A DNA stretch of 64,000 nucleotides from an uncultured Candidatus Saccharibacteria bacterium (GTDB lineage Bacteria; Patescibacteriota; Minisyncoccia; Phycocordibacterales; UBA2100), in NCBI GenBank assembly GCA_964424265.1, contig CAYRHX010000003.1, positions 2,269-66,268 on the forward strand. The letters run 5' to 3'. This document shows, one piece after another, positions 19,031 to 27,557 of this stretch; positions within the stretch are counted from its first letter, which is position 1, and every line of letters begins with the position of its first letter. The notes beneath the pieces were generated by a model. The model ran no database searches and was not told where the DNA came from. It was given only the letters and a program-made list of their open reading frames with translations. Position numbers and translations under genes: made by a program.

Positions 19031-20704
19031 TTATTGTCCTCCCGACACGCCCTGATCGACGAAATCGACCACCTCGCCTTCGCGCAAACCACGAGCATCA
19101 GTGACTATGGTCATTTCATTCGTCAACCCCGAGGCGATCACGACACGATCCCCCAAAAGCGCCCCGAGTACAACCTCATGAGCAATCAATCTATTCTCCT
19201 CAACGGTAAAGACGATGACGCGATCGGATTCCATTTTCAAAGATGAAATTGGGATCGTAATGCGGCTCGACTCTCCCGCCACATTTTGTGATCGTGGGAT
19301 TGAGACGAGGACAGATTGTCCGTTGATGAGCCCCTTTGCCTCTTCGATTCCCACACGCACCTCTATTTTCTTTGTGATCGGATCTAGCGCTGGAGCTATT
19401 CGAGTGACAGAGCCATGAGCAGACTCTATCGTTACTCTTTGCCCTACTGCGATCTCTCGCGCGTCTCCCTCAGTCACGTATGCGACCACTTCAAGCGCTT
19501 TATTATTGGCCACGGTGAGCACGGGAGATGCTTGTTGCACGTAGTCACCACGCTTCAATGAAAATGAATTGACCGTGCCTGAAATCGGAGCGCGAATGAT
19601 AGTTTTCTCTAGATTGGCCTGCGCGCCCGCGAGCACTCCCTTCGCCTGTTTGAGCGCTGCCTTTGCTGACGCAATATCTTCGCTTTGACCTCCGGTCACG
19701 CCCTGTTCAAGACTCTGTTCGGCAACTTGAACTGCAGATTGTGCCGCCGCCAATCCTTGCATAGAACCTGAAAGGGACGAGAGAGCGCCGGTAAGACTCG
19801 CTCTCGCGGCGGTCGCCTGAGCGAGGAAGGTCGCGATCTGCGCCTCGGACACGGTGACGGTAGGAATGGCTTTATTGAGATTCATTACAACAAGATCGAC
19901 GAAGTTTCGTGTCGATCGGACCTCTTCCATAGTCTTTGCAATCTCAGATTCGAGACCCGACGATGCGGAAAGTGAGTCGGAGGCAAGGCGTTGCCGCACG
20001 AGGTATTGCCGAACAGCCGATCGCGTATTTTCAATTTTCAACGTAAGTTGCGAATCGGACGAGATGACAACAAATGATGCGTTGTCGAGTTGAGACACGG
20101 TAAACATTTTGTCTACTGTCCCTGAGATCGCGCTGTCAGATGTTGCGTATGCAGAAAGGAGAGCGTTTACCGCGCCCGATTTCGCTGCTTCGAGGGAGGC
20201 CCTTGCGCTCGAAAGGTTCGCTTCGAGAATTGCCCGCTGCTCGTTTCGAGCGCCGCCTGAAATCTTAGACAAATTAGCCTGTGCCGCTTCTACTGCACCC
20301 TGTGCCTGTAGAACTGAAGCGCTCTCTGAACCATTGTCAATTTCCGCGGCAATCTTTCCTGCGATGATTTCGCTTCCAAGGAATGTATGTACAGCGATTA
20401 CTTGCCCCGAGTGCTCGGCCCTCACAGTGGCTTCAGATTTTGAAGTCACTTGTCCAACTACGGAAAGCGGAGCCACGTCGGAGGAAAGTTCCGCTACTGT
20501 TTTCAGGGTTACCGAGTGAATCGTGGCGCTCGATATAGTATTCGAGGCACCGTCTCTCATAAAGAGAAACGATGCAACAGCAACGATGATAAGGGCGGAA
20601 AGGCCAACCTTCACCCACCCCAATCTTTGGATGAGCGCATTCAGGCGCGGGAGATTGCGTCGAATGAATAAGACCGCTTTAATTATCACCATTTGTGGGT
20701 GCAT
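19031..20704 (-). CDS. efflux RND periplasmic adaptor (membrane fusion protein, HlyD-like)
   Basis: N-terminal TM helix, a long Ala/Gln-rich coiled-coil hairpin region and a C-terminal beta-barrel. It lies 3 nt upstream of the RND permease gene, so they are probably an operon. Confidence 0.8.
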   Translation of the reverse strand: MHPQMVIIKAVLFIRRNLPRLNALIQRLGWVKVGLSALIIVAVASFLFMRDGASNTISSATIHSVTLKTVAELSSDVAPLSVVGQVTSKSEATVRAEHSGQVIAVHTFLGSEIIAGKIAAEIDNGSESASVLQAQGAVEAAQANLSKISGGARNEQRAILEANLSSARASLEAAKSGAVNALLSAYATSDSAISGTVDKMFTVSQLDNASFVVISSDSQLTLKIENTRSAVRQYLVRQRLASDSLSASSGLESEIAKTMEEVRSTRNFVDLVVMNLNKAIPTVTVSEAQIATFLAQATAARASLTGALSSLSGSMQGLAAAQSAVQVAEQSLEQGVTGGQSEDIASAKAALKQAKGVLAGAQANLEKTIIRAPISGTVNSFSLKRGDYVQQASPVLTVANNKALEVVAYVTEGDAREIAVGQRVTIESAHGSVTRIAPALDPITKKIEVRVGIEEAKGLINGQSVLVSIPRSQNVAGESSRITIPISSLKMESDRVIVFTVEENRLIAHEVVLGALLGDRVVIASGLTNEMTIVTDARGLREGEVVDFVDQGVSGGQ

Positions 20705-20799
20705 AGAGAGGCAGCACCCTACACCATTATGACCATCTTGTCAATTTTTCGGCTGAAGCGATTCCTGATACGGATCACCTTGTCTCTACTGACTTTTGA

Positions 20800-21558
20800 T
20801 CATGCGTGCGGAAGGAGGGTGACAAGAAGCAGCATGGAAGCAGCCCCCAACGCAAAAAAGAAGACATGTTTTGAATAGTGTCCTTTTTCACGTGCCTTTT
20901 GAATTGAGTGCGGTATGAGGTCGTGAAATACGACCACAAGGTACGACCCGGCCGCGAGACCAAGGAGAGGCACTTCAAACGACTGAAATTGCCCTAGGAG
21001 AAAATACCCACCGATTGCCCCAATGAGGATCGTGGACGAGACGAGGAAGTTATAGAGGAGCGCTTTGCGTGCAGAAAATCCCGCTTGCTGTAAGACAAAA
21101 AATTGCGATATTTCCTGTAGCATCTCGTGTAGTACGATGCTGATCGTCGTCATAACTCCAAGAAAAGGCGACGCTGTAAATGCTGCGACGATAACGACAC
21201 CGTCTCCGATATTGTGTATGCCGTCGCTTAAAAGTATGCGATTGGCGTCGATATGTGAGTGCGTGTGATCATCGGTATTAGTATCGTGGTGATGGTGAAA
21301 ATCAGGGAGAAATCTAAACGCGAAGAAAACAACGAGTACTCCGACGAGTATCCACGGCAGCCCGAGCATGATTGACCCCGCATGCTCGACGATCTCTGAG
21401 GAGAGTTGATAAATGATAACGAGAAGCACGCCTGCGGCAAAACTAACGAGAAAGTGCAGATTGCGCTCCATGAACGGCCCCGCCCATCTCCAGGTCAGAA
21501 GCTTACCCGAAAGAGACGCGAGCATTATGACAAACGAAGCGGTGACTATGGGAAGCAT
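20800..21558 (-). CDS. zupT: ZIP family metal (zinc) transporter, ZupT-like
   Basis: HNIGDGVVIVAAF and HEMLQEISQFFVL motifs and His-rich loops (HHHHDTNTDDHTHSH). Start taken at the internal ATG 21558; the ORF-track start 21714 adds a non-membrane extension. Confidence 0.75.
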   Translation of the reverse strand: MLPIVTASFVIMLASLSGKLLTWRWAGPFMERNLHFLVSFAAGVLLVIIYQLSSEIVEHAGSIMLGLPWILVGVLVVFFAFRFLPDFHHHHDTNTDDHTHSHIDANRILLSDGIHNIGDGVVIVAAFTASPFLGVMTTISIVLHEMLQEISQFFVLQQAGFSARKALLYNFLVSSTILIGAIGGYFLLGQFQSFEVPLLGLAAGSYLVVVFHDLIPHSIQKAREKGHYSKHVFFFALGAASMLLLVTLLPHA

Positions 21559-21586
21559 GCTGTACGTTGTGTCGGAGAATCCGTAA

Positions 21587-21964
21587 GTGAAGTATACTTC
21601 TTTTATGTCTTTTGCGAAGAAGTTGCAAAATCTGCGGCCATCGTGGCGAGCGGTGATCAGGCAATGGCACGAGGAATTTAGTTTTAGAATACAGGTATTC
21701 CTCTGTGCTGGCATCCTTCTTATTTCCTATGTCCTTCATGTCTCCGCTATTGAGTTGATGATTTTGATCCTGGCTATGGGCGCTGTCCTTGCGTTTGAAT
21801 CACTCAACACTGCGCTTGAAGAGTTGTGCGATCATGTGACGCCCCAACATCACCCTCGGATTGGAAAGATCAAAGATTTAGGATCAGGCGCATCGTTACT
21901 TATAGGCATCGCTGCCACGTCGGTATGCTTGCTCATCTTCACTCCCCGAATCATTTCCCTATGA
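21587..21964 (+). CDS. dgkA: prokaryotic diacylglycerol kinase family protein (DgkA/undecaprenol kinase-like)
   Basis: 125 aa with three TM helices and the DgkA signature (ESLNTALEE...HP...KDLGSGASLLIGI). Confidence 0.8.
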   Translation: MKYTSFMSFAKKLQNLRPSWRAVIRQWHEEFSFRIQVFLCAGILLISYVLHVSAIELMILILAMGAVLAFESLNTALEELCDHVTPQHHPRIGKIKDLGSGASLLIGIAATSVCLLIFTPRIISL

Positions 21965-22566
21965 TTTCTCTCATCACACGTATTGATGCGCGCGTGCTTG
22001 AATCGCTGTATGCGATTCGCGATCGCGACACTGTCCAGATTTTGATATACATAACGGAGCTCGGAGACTCCATGTTTATCATAGGAATTTTAGCGTGTCT
22101 CGTACTTGTCTTTTTGGCACGCCACAACATACCGTACGTGGCGGGTATCTTGATAAGCACTACGAGCGCAGCCGGATCTGTGTATATTCTGAAACATCTT
22201 TTCGTGCGATTAAGACCTGACGTATGGTACCGGGCATATCCTGAAGCGGGTTTTTCACTTCCGAGTGGCCATGCAGCGCTTGCCGTCGCTCTCTATGGAT
22301 TCGCTGTCTACCTCATCATGCGATCCTCCCTTTCCCGATCCGTGCGGATCTTTGCGACAGTCATATTAACCGCGCTGATCGCATCGATTGCGTTTAGTCG
22401 CATGTACCTGGGCGTTCACTATCTGAGCGACGTCATCGCCGGACTCGCGCTCGGAGGAGCATGTATGTGGCTTGGTATCACCGCGCTCGCAAAATTGGAA
22501 ACGTGGAAGACATCTGGAACACTGACCGCTCGCGCCCTATTTTCCTCCAAGAATAATCTTGAGTAA
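21961..22566 (+). CDS. PAP2 family phosphatase (undecaprenyl-diphosphatase / PgpB-like)
   Basis: PAP2 motifs (KHLFVRLRP; SFPSGHAALAV; SRMYLGVHYLSDVIAG). Its ATG at 21961 overlaps the dgkA stop as ATGA. Confidence 0.8.
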   Translation: MISLITRIDARVLESLYAIRDRDTVQILIYITELGDSMFIIGILACLVLVFLARHNIPYVAGILISTTSAAGSVYILKHLFVRLRPDVWYRAYPEAGFSLPSGHAALAVALYGFAVYLIMRSSLSRSVRIFATVILTALIASIAFSRMYLGVHYLSDVIAGLALGGACMWLGITALAKLETWKTSGTLTARALFSSKNNLE

Positions 22567-23439
22567 CGCCATTCGCACAAGGACGCCATAACCAGCCTGT
22601 TTGAAATATACGGCATGTGGTGAATCATCAACCTCAAGAGCAATCTCCCCGGCGCGAGGCAGTGGATGGATGAGAATAGCCCCACTTTTCATGTCATCTG
22701 TCATTGGACGCGTGATGATATATTCATCGCGAAGACGCGCGTATTCGTCTTCCGTCAGCCATTCCTTTTGCATTCGTGTCTGATACACCACGTCGGCCGC
22801 TCTCATGGCGCCGGCAAGGTCGGTCGTCTCTTCAAACATTACATTTCGCTCTCTGAGGTACGCTTTGATGTCGTCCTTTACCGCAAGTTCCGGCGCCGAG
22901 ACAAATGTCATTTGAATGCCGTTGTACTTGCCGAGTAGATACGCAAGCGAGCGAGCCGATCGGTAATATTTGAGATTACCGACGAACGCGATGTGAAAAT
23001 CATCGATACGGCCAATCTCACGCTGGATAGTGTAGAGATCAAGAAATGCCTGCGTCGGGTGCTGGCCAGTTCCGTCGCCCGCATTGATCACAGGAACTTC
23101 CGAAACAGCAGCGGCGCGTTCGGACGCACCCGCCTCGGGATGTCGCAAGATAATGACGTCTGCGTAGTTATCGACGATCCGAACAGTGTCCTCAATAGTC
23201 TCCCCCTTGGTTGAAGATGAAGACTCACTCGCGTTTTCCATTGAGAGAACGTTGCCCCCGAGTCGCATCATCGCCGACTCAAATGAAAGGCGCGTGCGCG
23301 TGGATGGCTCGTAGAATAGCGAAGCGAGTATTTTGCCCCGAAACGATTCGTCGCGCTTTCCCTCAAGCGATGTTGCAAGCAGAAACAAATCTTCGAGGGC
23401 TTTACGGTCAAACTGTTGGGTCTCGGTAAGGTGTTGCAT
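22537..23439 (-). CDS. pyrB: aspartate carbamoyltransferase catalytic subunit
   Basis: STRTR motif (LFYEPSTRTRLSFESA) and HPTQAFLDLYTI, which is the ATCase HPTQ form rather than the OTCase HPCQ form. Its 3' end overlaps the convergent PAP2 gene by 30 nt. Confidence 0.9.
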   Translation of the reverse strand: MQHLTETQQFDRKALEDLFLLATSLEGKRDESFRGKILASLFYEPSTRTRLSFESAMMRLGGNVLSMENASESSSSTKGETIEDTVRIVDNYADVIILRHPEAGASERAAAVSEVPVINAGDGTGQHPTQAFLDLYTIQREIGRIDDFHIAFVGNLKYYRSARSLAYLLGKYNGIQMTFVSAPELAVKDDIKAYLRERNVMFEETTDLAGAMRAADVVYQTRMQKEWLTEDEYARLRDEYIITRPMTDDMKSGAILIHPLPRAGEIALEVDDSPHAVYFKQAGYGVLVRMALLKIILGGK

Positions 23440-23456
23440 TAAAAATGAAGTGTAGC

Positions 23457-24005
23457 CTATTTTTCTCCAACCGCAACAGCTCTCCTGCGCACAAATGTGA
23501 ATTCAAATCGTCTGCTCTCCACGACCCATCGATACACGAGCGGGGAAAGCAGGGTCGCAAACACTATAGTTCCGGCAAGATGCATGAGTGTAAATGGGAT
23601 TTGACCAACGAACGCGGCTACAAATGATTGTTTGCCGAAAACTGGCCCTATCATCATCGTGACCGCGTCGTAGACGACCGTCGCTGGAATACCGAAAAAG
23701 AGGAAGTTTCTTACAGACGCTTCTCGGTTTTTGAAAAACAGATGCGCAACAACGCCAAGGAGGCCGTAACAAAAAGCAGTCACCCACGTCCAATGACCCC
23801 ATCCGCTTGTCACCGCATCATAAAGAACGATGCCGAGAAATCCGAAAAGAAAACTGCCCAACGCACCATACCGTTTGGAAAACGGCATGACCATCGCGAG
23901 CATTGGCTCGAAGTTGGGGGGGCGAAATGGAATGAGTCGAAACAAAAAGACGGCGGACCAGCCGATTATAAATTTGAGTGAACCTGTGGGTATCGGAAAT
24001 TTCAT
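23457..24005 (-). CDS. hypothetical polytopic membrane protein, possibly an ECF-transporter S-component-like protein
   Basis: 182 aa and highly hydrophobic, with about five or six TM segments. The family could not be assigned from sequence alone. Confidence 0.35.
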   Translation of the reverse strand: MKFPIPTGSLKFIIGWSAVFLFRLIPFRPPNFEPMLAMVMPFSKRYGALGSFLFGFLGIVLYDAVTSGWGHWTWVTAFCYGLLGVVAHLFFKNREASVRNFLFFGIPATVVYDAVTMMIGPVFGKQSFVAAFVGQIPFTLMHLAGTIVFATLLSPLVYRWVVESRRFEFTFVRRRAVAVGEK

Positions 24006-24027
24006 AAGGATTCACATGATATCACAC

Positions 24028-24684
24028 TCAGCCGAGGTGGGCGTGATCGTTCCAAACCCGTATGAGCCACTCTGGAGGTGGTAAACCCAAAGTCCCGCCG
24101 TATGTTGGCTGGTATTCCGCTATGGTAAGTCCCGTATTTGCGGTCCGGATCGATTGAAGAATCTTTCCAAATTCAGCTATGGTGAGAGCTTCGCCAAAAA
24201 TGATACGGGCCACTATCATGCGTAAAAGAAAACCGTGAGCAACAACTAAAATACTCGACTCGGGACGCTCAGCGAGATACTGGAGCGCATTCCCCGCTCG
24301 ATCCTTGAGATCGATGAAATTTTCTCCCGTCCCCACACGAATACCTTCTTTAAAAAATCCCTGCTCCCATTTCTCATACAACGAATTCATGTGGGAATCA
24401 TTTCTTGGTTTGCCCACTATCTCTTCGGGAAGCCTTCGTTCAAGAAACAACTCTTCTGACTTGATCGATTTACCCGTCACATCCGATATATACTTCGCGG
24501 TCTGTTGAGCACGCACTGCAGGGCTCGCTATAAGTAACTCAAACGATAATTTTCGAGCACGCTCCGCAATAAATTTCGCTTGTTCGTGCCCTTTTGCAGT
24601 AAGAGGACTTGTCTCAGCCTGAAAAAGAGGCGCGCCCGCGTTCGCTTCGCTTTCTCCATGCCTGACGAAATAGATGGTTTTCAT
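24028..24684 (-). CDS. histidine phosphatase family protein (phosphoglycerate-mutase-like fold)
   Basis: RHGESEAN catalytic motif at the N-terminus (IYFVRHGESEANAG) and a downstream His motif (VVAHGFLLRM). Its ATG overlaps the folB stop as ATGA. Confidence 0.75.
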   Translation of the reverse strand: MKTIYFVRHGESEANAGAPLFQAETSPLTAKGHEQAKFIAERARKLSFELLIASPAVRAQQTAKYISDVTGKSIKSEELFLERRLPEEIVGKPRNDSHMNSLYEKWEQGFFKEGIRVGTGENFIDLKDRAGNALQYLAERPESSILVVAHGFLLRMIVARIIFGEALTIAEFGKILQSIRTANTGLTIAEYQPTYGGTLGLPPPEWLIRVWNDHAHLG

Positions 24685-25028
24685 CGTGTTCGCTCAATCG
24701 TAACACCAGGGGTACAGTCGGGATATACGTCCATCTTTCGTACAGTGACAGACACATTCGCGACACGAGTGTCCTCCAGTACTCGTTGCGCTATCGTATC
24801 TGCTATCGTTTCCATCAACTTGTAGGAACCTTTCTCGACAATATCCTTTGTAAGCGTTCTCATATGACTGTAACTTAGCGTATCCTCGAGCGTATCGCTT
24901 GTCGCGGCACGCTTCGCGTCAAGCTGCGCGATGATATCAATACTAAATCGTTGATCTCTTGCGCGCTCTTCAGCCGAAACACCGTGCTTTCCCCTGACGA
25001 TGAGGTTTTCGACGAAGATCTTGTCCAT
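24681..25028 (-). CDS. folB: dihydroneopterin aldolase
   Basis: MDKIFVENLIVRGKHGVSAEERARDQRFSIDI... matches the FolB family pattern (the start of a 7,8-dihydroneopterin aldolase). Protein is 115 aa. Confidence 0.8.
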   Translation of the reverse strand: MDKIFVENLIVRGKHGVSAEERARDQRFSIDIIAQLDAKRAATSDTLEDTLSYSHMRTLTKDIVEKGSYKLMETIADTIAQRVLEDTRVANVSVTVRKMDVYPDCTPGVTIERTR

Positions 25029-25037
25029 GAACAAGAA

Positions 25038-26285
25038 TTACAACACAAATCGCCCGCCTTTGTAAATCACTTTCGTTGACCCGTTCTTCAAGTGAGCGGT
25101 GACAGTTCGATCAGTTGTAGATATTACATCTGTGTGTACCGATGAATCGTTGAAGCCGAGACGCGCTGCCTCCTTATCGGTGAGCTTCGAGACATCACCC
25201 GCATACGTATCACGGTAGCTCATACCAAGAGCAATGTGAGAGTTGCCAAATGGGCCACCGATATTCTCATCGAAGAGTGTCTCTGCCATGAATTTAGTGA
25301 TGCGAGAGTGGCGACTATCTGTGAGCGAGTATTCGCCGATCTTGTCTGCCCCCGGAGTCGCGATCATTTCCTTCAGCAACTTTTCATTCGTCTTCGCCGA
25401 GCTCTTCACGACTCGACCATCTTTAAACCACAACTGAATTCCCGTAATTTTGTTGGAGTAGCGGTAAAGCGGCTGGTTGATGCGGATCCACCCATTGGTC
25501 CCGCGCCAGTCTGGTGATGTGAAAATCTCGAAGCTCGGGATGTTACGTCCAGAGCCAGCGTGCCATGCACGCTTTTCGCCGAGCGTGTACCACATGTCCA
25601 TGTCTTCTCCCACCGCGTGCAGCTTATCGATCTTGGGCGAGAGCTTATTAAGTCGGCTGCGATACTTTTCGATATCTCGATACACCGCCTTCCACTTTGC
25701 AATAGGGTTTTCCTCGTCGAGAAAACACGCCTTGATGATCTGATCCCAATATTCTTTTTTTGAAAGCCCAGCCTCCTTCGCCATCGCGGGAGTGCCGTAG
25801 AGCGCGATTGTCCAGGTAAATTTCCCCGCCCATTCCTTTTTGTGTCTCCAATCCATAAAGGGCTTCATCGTCTGTCCGCGCTGCATGATCTTTTTTCCAT
25901 CCACTCCGGCGAGTGCATGAGGATCTTTCTCTGCAAGCAAAAAAACTGAGTGGTCCATCTGGTCGATAACTCCTTTTAGATACTTCGCAGGAAAGAAATT
26001 GAGCTGGTGAGGCTGCGCGTGCTGATAAAAATACCGCGTGAAGCTCTCGTTGCGGCGCTTGTCGCCCTTCTCGTCGTCCGGCCCGTAATTCGCAATAACG
26101 TGACCACCGGCATCGATGACGGCGTTGCACACAGCGAGATACAGTGGCTTTGCGGATTCAGAGGCGGAAACGCGCACGACTTCCCCTTTTTTTATTCCCT
26201 TCCCTCCACCGAGGGCGAAGTTGATAAGTACATCTGCATAATTTTTTAAAATCTTGTCGCTCGGTAGATACGGTTGTTTTGACAT
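25038..26285 (-). CDS. aminopeptidase, M29 family (AmpS/PepS-like)
   Basis: 415 aa. The N-terminus (LKNYADVLINFALGGGKGIKKGEVVRV) and overall length match thermophilic-type M29 aminopeptidases. Confidence 0.8.
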   Translation of the reverse strand: MSKQPYLPSDKILKNYADVLINFALGGGKGIKKGEVVRVSASESAKPLYLAVCNAVIDAGGHVIANYGPDDEKGDKRRNESFTRYFYQHAQPHQLNFFPAKYLKGVIDQMDHSVFLLAEKDPHALAGVDGKKIMQRGQTMKPFMDWRHKKEWAGKFTWTIALYGTPAMAKEAGLSKKEYWDQIIKACFLDEENPIAKWKAVYRDIEKYRSRLNKLSPKIDKLHAVGEDMDMWYTLGEKRAWHAGSGRNIPSFEIFTSPDWRGTNGWIRINQPLYRYSNKITGIQLWFKDGRVVKSSAKTNEKLLKEMIATPGADKIGEYSLTDSRHSRITKFMAETLFDENIGGPFGNSHIALGMSYRDTYAGDVSKLTDKEAARLGFNDSSVHTDVISTTDRTVTAHLKNGSTKVIYKGGRFVL

Positions 26286-26426
26286 GACTCTAGACTACTA
26301 GAGGGCGCCCCACTCGTCCAGACCTGTTTGCCCTATTCCTATTTTCCGCGGTGGTGAGAAATAGGAATATTCGAAATTCAAACGGAATACTGCGATGCGG
26401 TACTCCGTGTTGTACTCAACTCCAGC

Positions 26427-27191
26427 TTATAGCGTCGGCGTTGTAGAAGACGCGGCAGCACCAAGCTCCCTGAGGGCCTGGCGGATAGACTGAGCAACCT
26501 TGTGCGCCGCCTTGATGCTCTCCATCCCCGCCTTGATCTTGGCACGAGCCTCCTTGAGTGCCGCGTTGTTTGATTCCATCTTGGTCTTGTCACCCATATC
26601 CGGGGTGAGACTTGCGACCAGCGCGACAGCAGCATCAGCCTGCGCATGTGCGTCGGCGATCTTCGCATTCATTTCCGAGAGACTCGCATTAAGGGTGGCA
26701 ACGTCCTTACCCTGCGCAGCCACTTCGTCTATGCGCGTCTTCAGTTTTCCAGCAAACTCCGTCTGCTTGTACGCAACGGTGTGTATACGATCCGCCGACA
26801 CGATGATACGCCCCTGCGGGATGATAAGCATAAAGATGCGATATGAGGTCGCAATCGATTTTATGTCAGTTTTCAATGTTTCAAGATCTGCAGCTGCCTG
26901 GATTTTCGCGTTGAGGGCAGTGAGATTTGCGATCTCAATCTGTACAGTAGAAGCTATCGAGGCCTTCGTTGCATCTGAGACCCGTTTCATTCCTTGAACT
27001 TTTGTGTTGAGTTCTGTAAGCTTCTCTATTCGGCGAATAATTTCCTGATTCGCTCGTTCTTTTGCCTTCATCATGCGCGTCTCTATGGCTGCGCCCGTTT
27101 TTTCTGATGGAGAAGCTCCCGTATGCGCAAACACCGGCATCGCCGTGAGGGCAAGTACAACTCCTAAAATCACTGCGTTTGTTTTTGTCAT
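26427..27191 (-). CDS. secreted coiled-coil protein, hypothetical (DUF5667-like)
   Basis: Signal peptide (MTKTNAVILGVVLALTAMPVFA) followed by an Ala/Lys/Glu-rich alpha-helical repeat region. Confidence 0.5.
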   Translation of the reverse strand: MTKTNAVILGVVLALTAMPVFAHTGASPSEKTGAAIETRMMKAKERANQEIIRRIEKLTELNTKVQGMKRVSDATKASIASTVQIEIANLTALNAKIQAAADLETLKTDIKSIATSYRIFMLIIPQGRIIVSADRIHTVAYKQTEFAGKLKTRIDEVAAQGKDVATLNASLSEMNAKIADAHAQADAAVALVASLTPDMGDKTKMESNNAALKEARAKIKAGMESIKAAHKVAQSIRQALRELGAAASSTTPTL

Positions 27192-27195
27192 ACAA

Positions 27196-27459
27196 TTATT
27201 CGGTTTGTGTTACTGGCGTGTCGGTAAAACTCCCTGCCGCTCCTACCTCTGTCAAAGCGGACTCGATCTGAGCATCAAGCGCAGCAGAATCGGCATCAAG
27301 CGAGGCATCGGTGATGGGAGCCGGCGCAAGTGCCGCCGGCACCAGCTCTGTTTCTGCAGGCTGCGAAGTTGGGGCGAGCGCTGCTGGATCCGCATTCCAG
27401 TAGTACCATCCTCCCGCGAGCACGAGAATCAACCCGATTCCTAAAAATATTTTTCCCAT
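27196..27459 (-). CDS. small membrane-anchored protein, hypothetical
   Basis: 87 aa with an N-terminal TM helix (IFLGIGLILVLAGGWYYW) and a Pro/Ala/Thr-rich low-complexity tail. It is 4 nt upstream of the previous gene. Confidence 0.35.
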   Translation of the reverse strand: MGKIFLGIGLILVLAGGWYYWNADPAALAPTSQPAETELVPAALAPAPITDASLDADSAALDAQIESALTEVGAAGSFTDTPVTQTE

Positions 27460-27557
27460 AATTAATGTCTGCTAGCGAATAATTTCCCTCGCTCCATCAT
27501 AATACCCGATCCAATTCGCGCAATGTACAAAAAGTCGAGGTCCGAATTCCTCATCAA

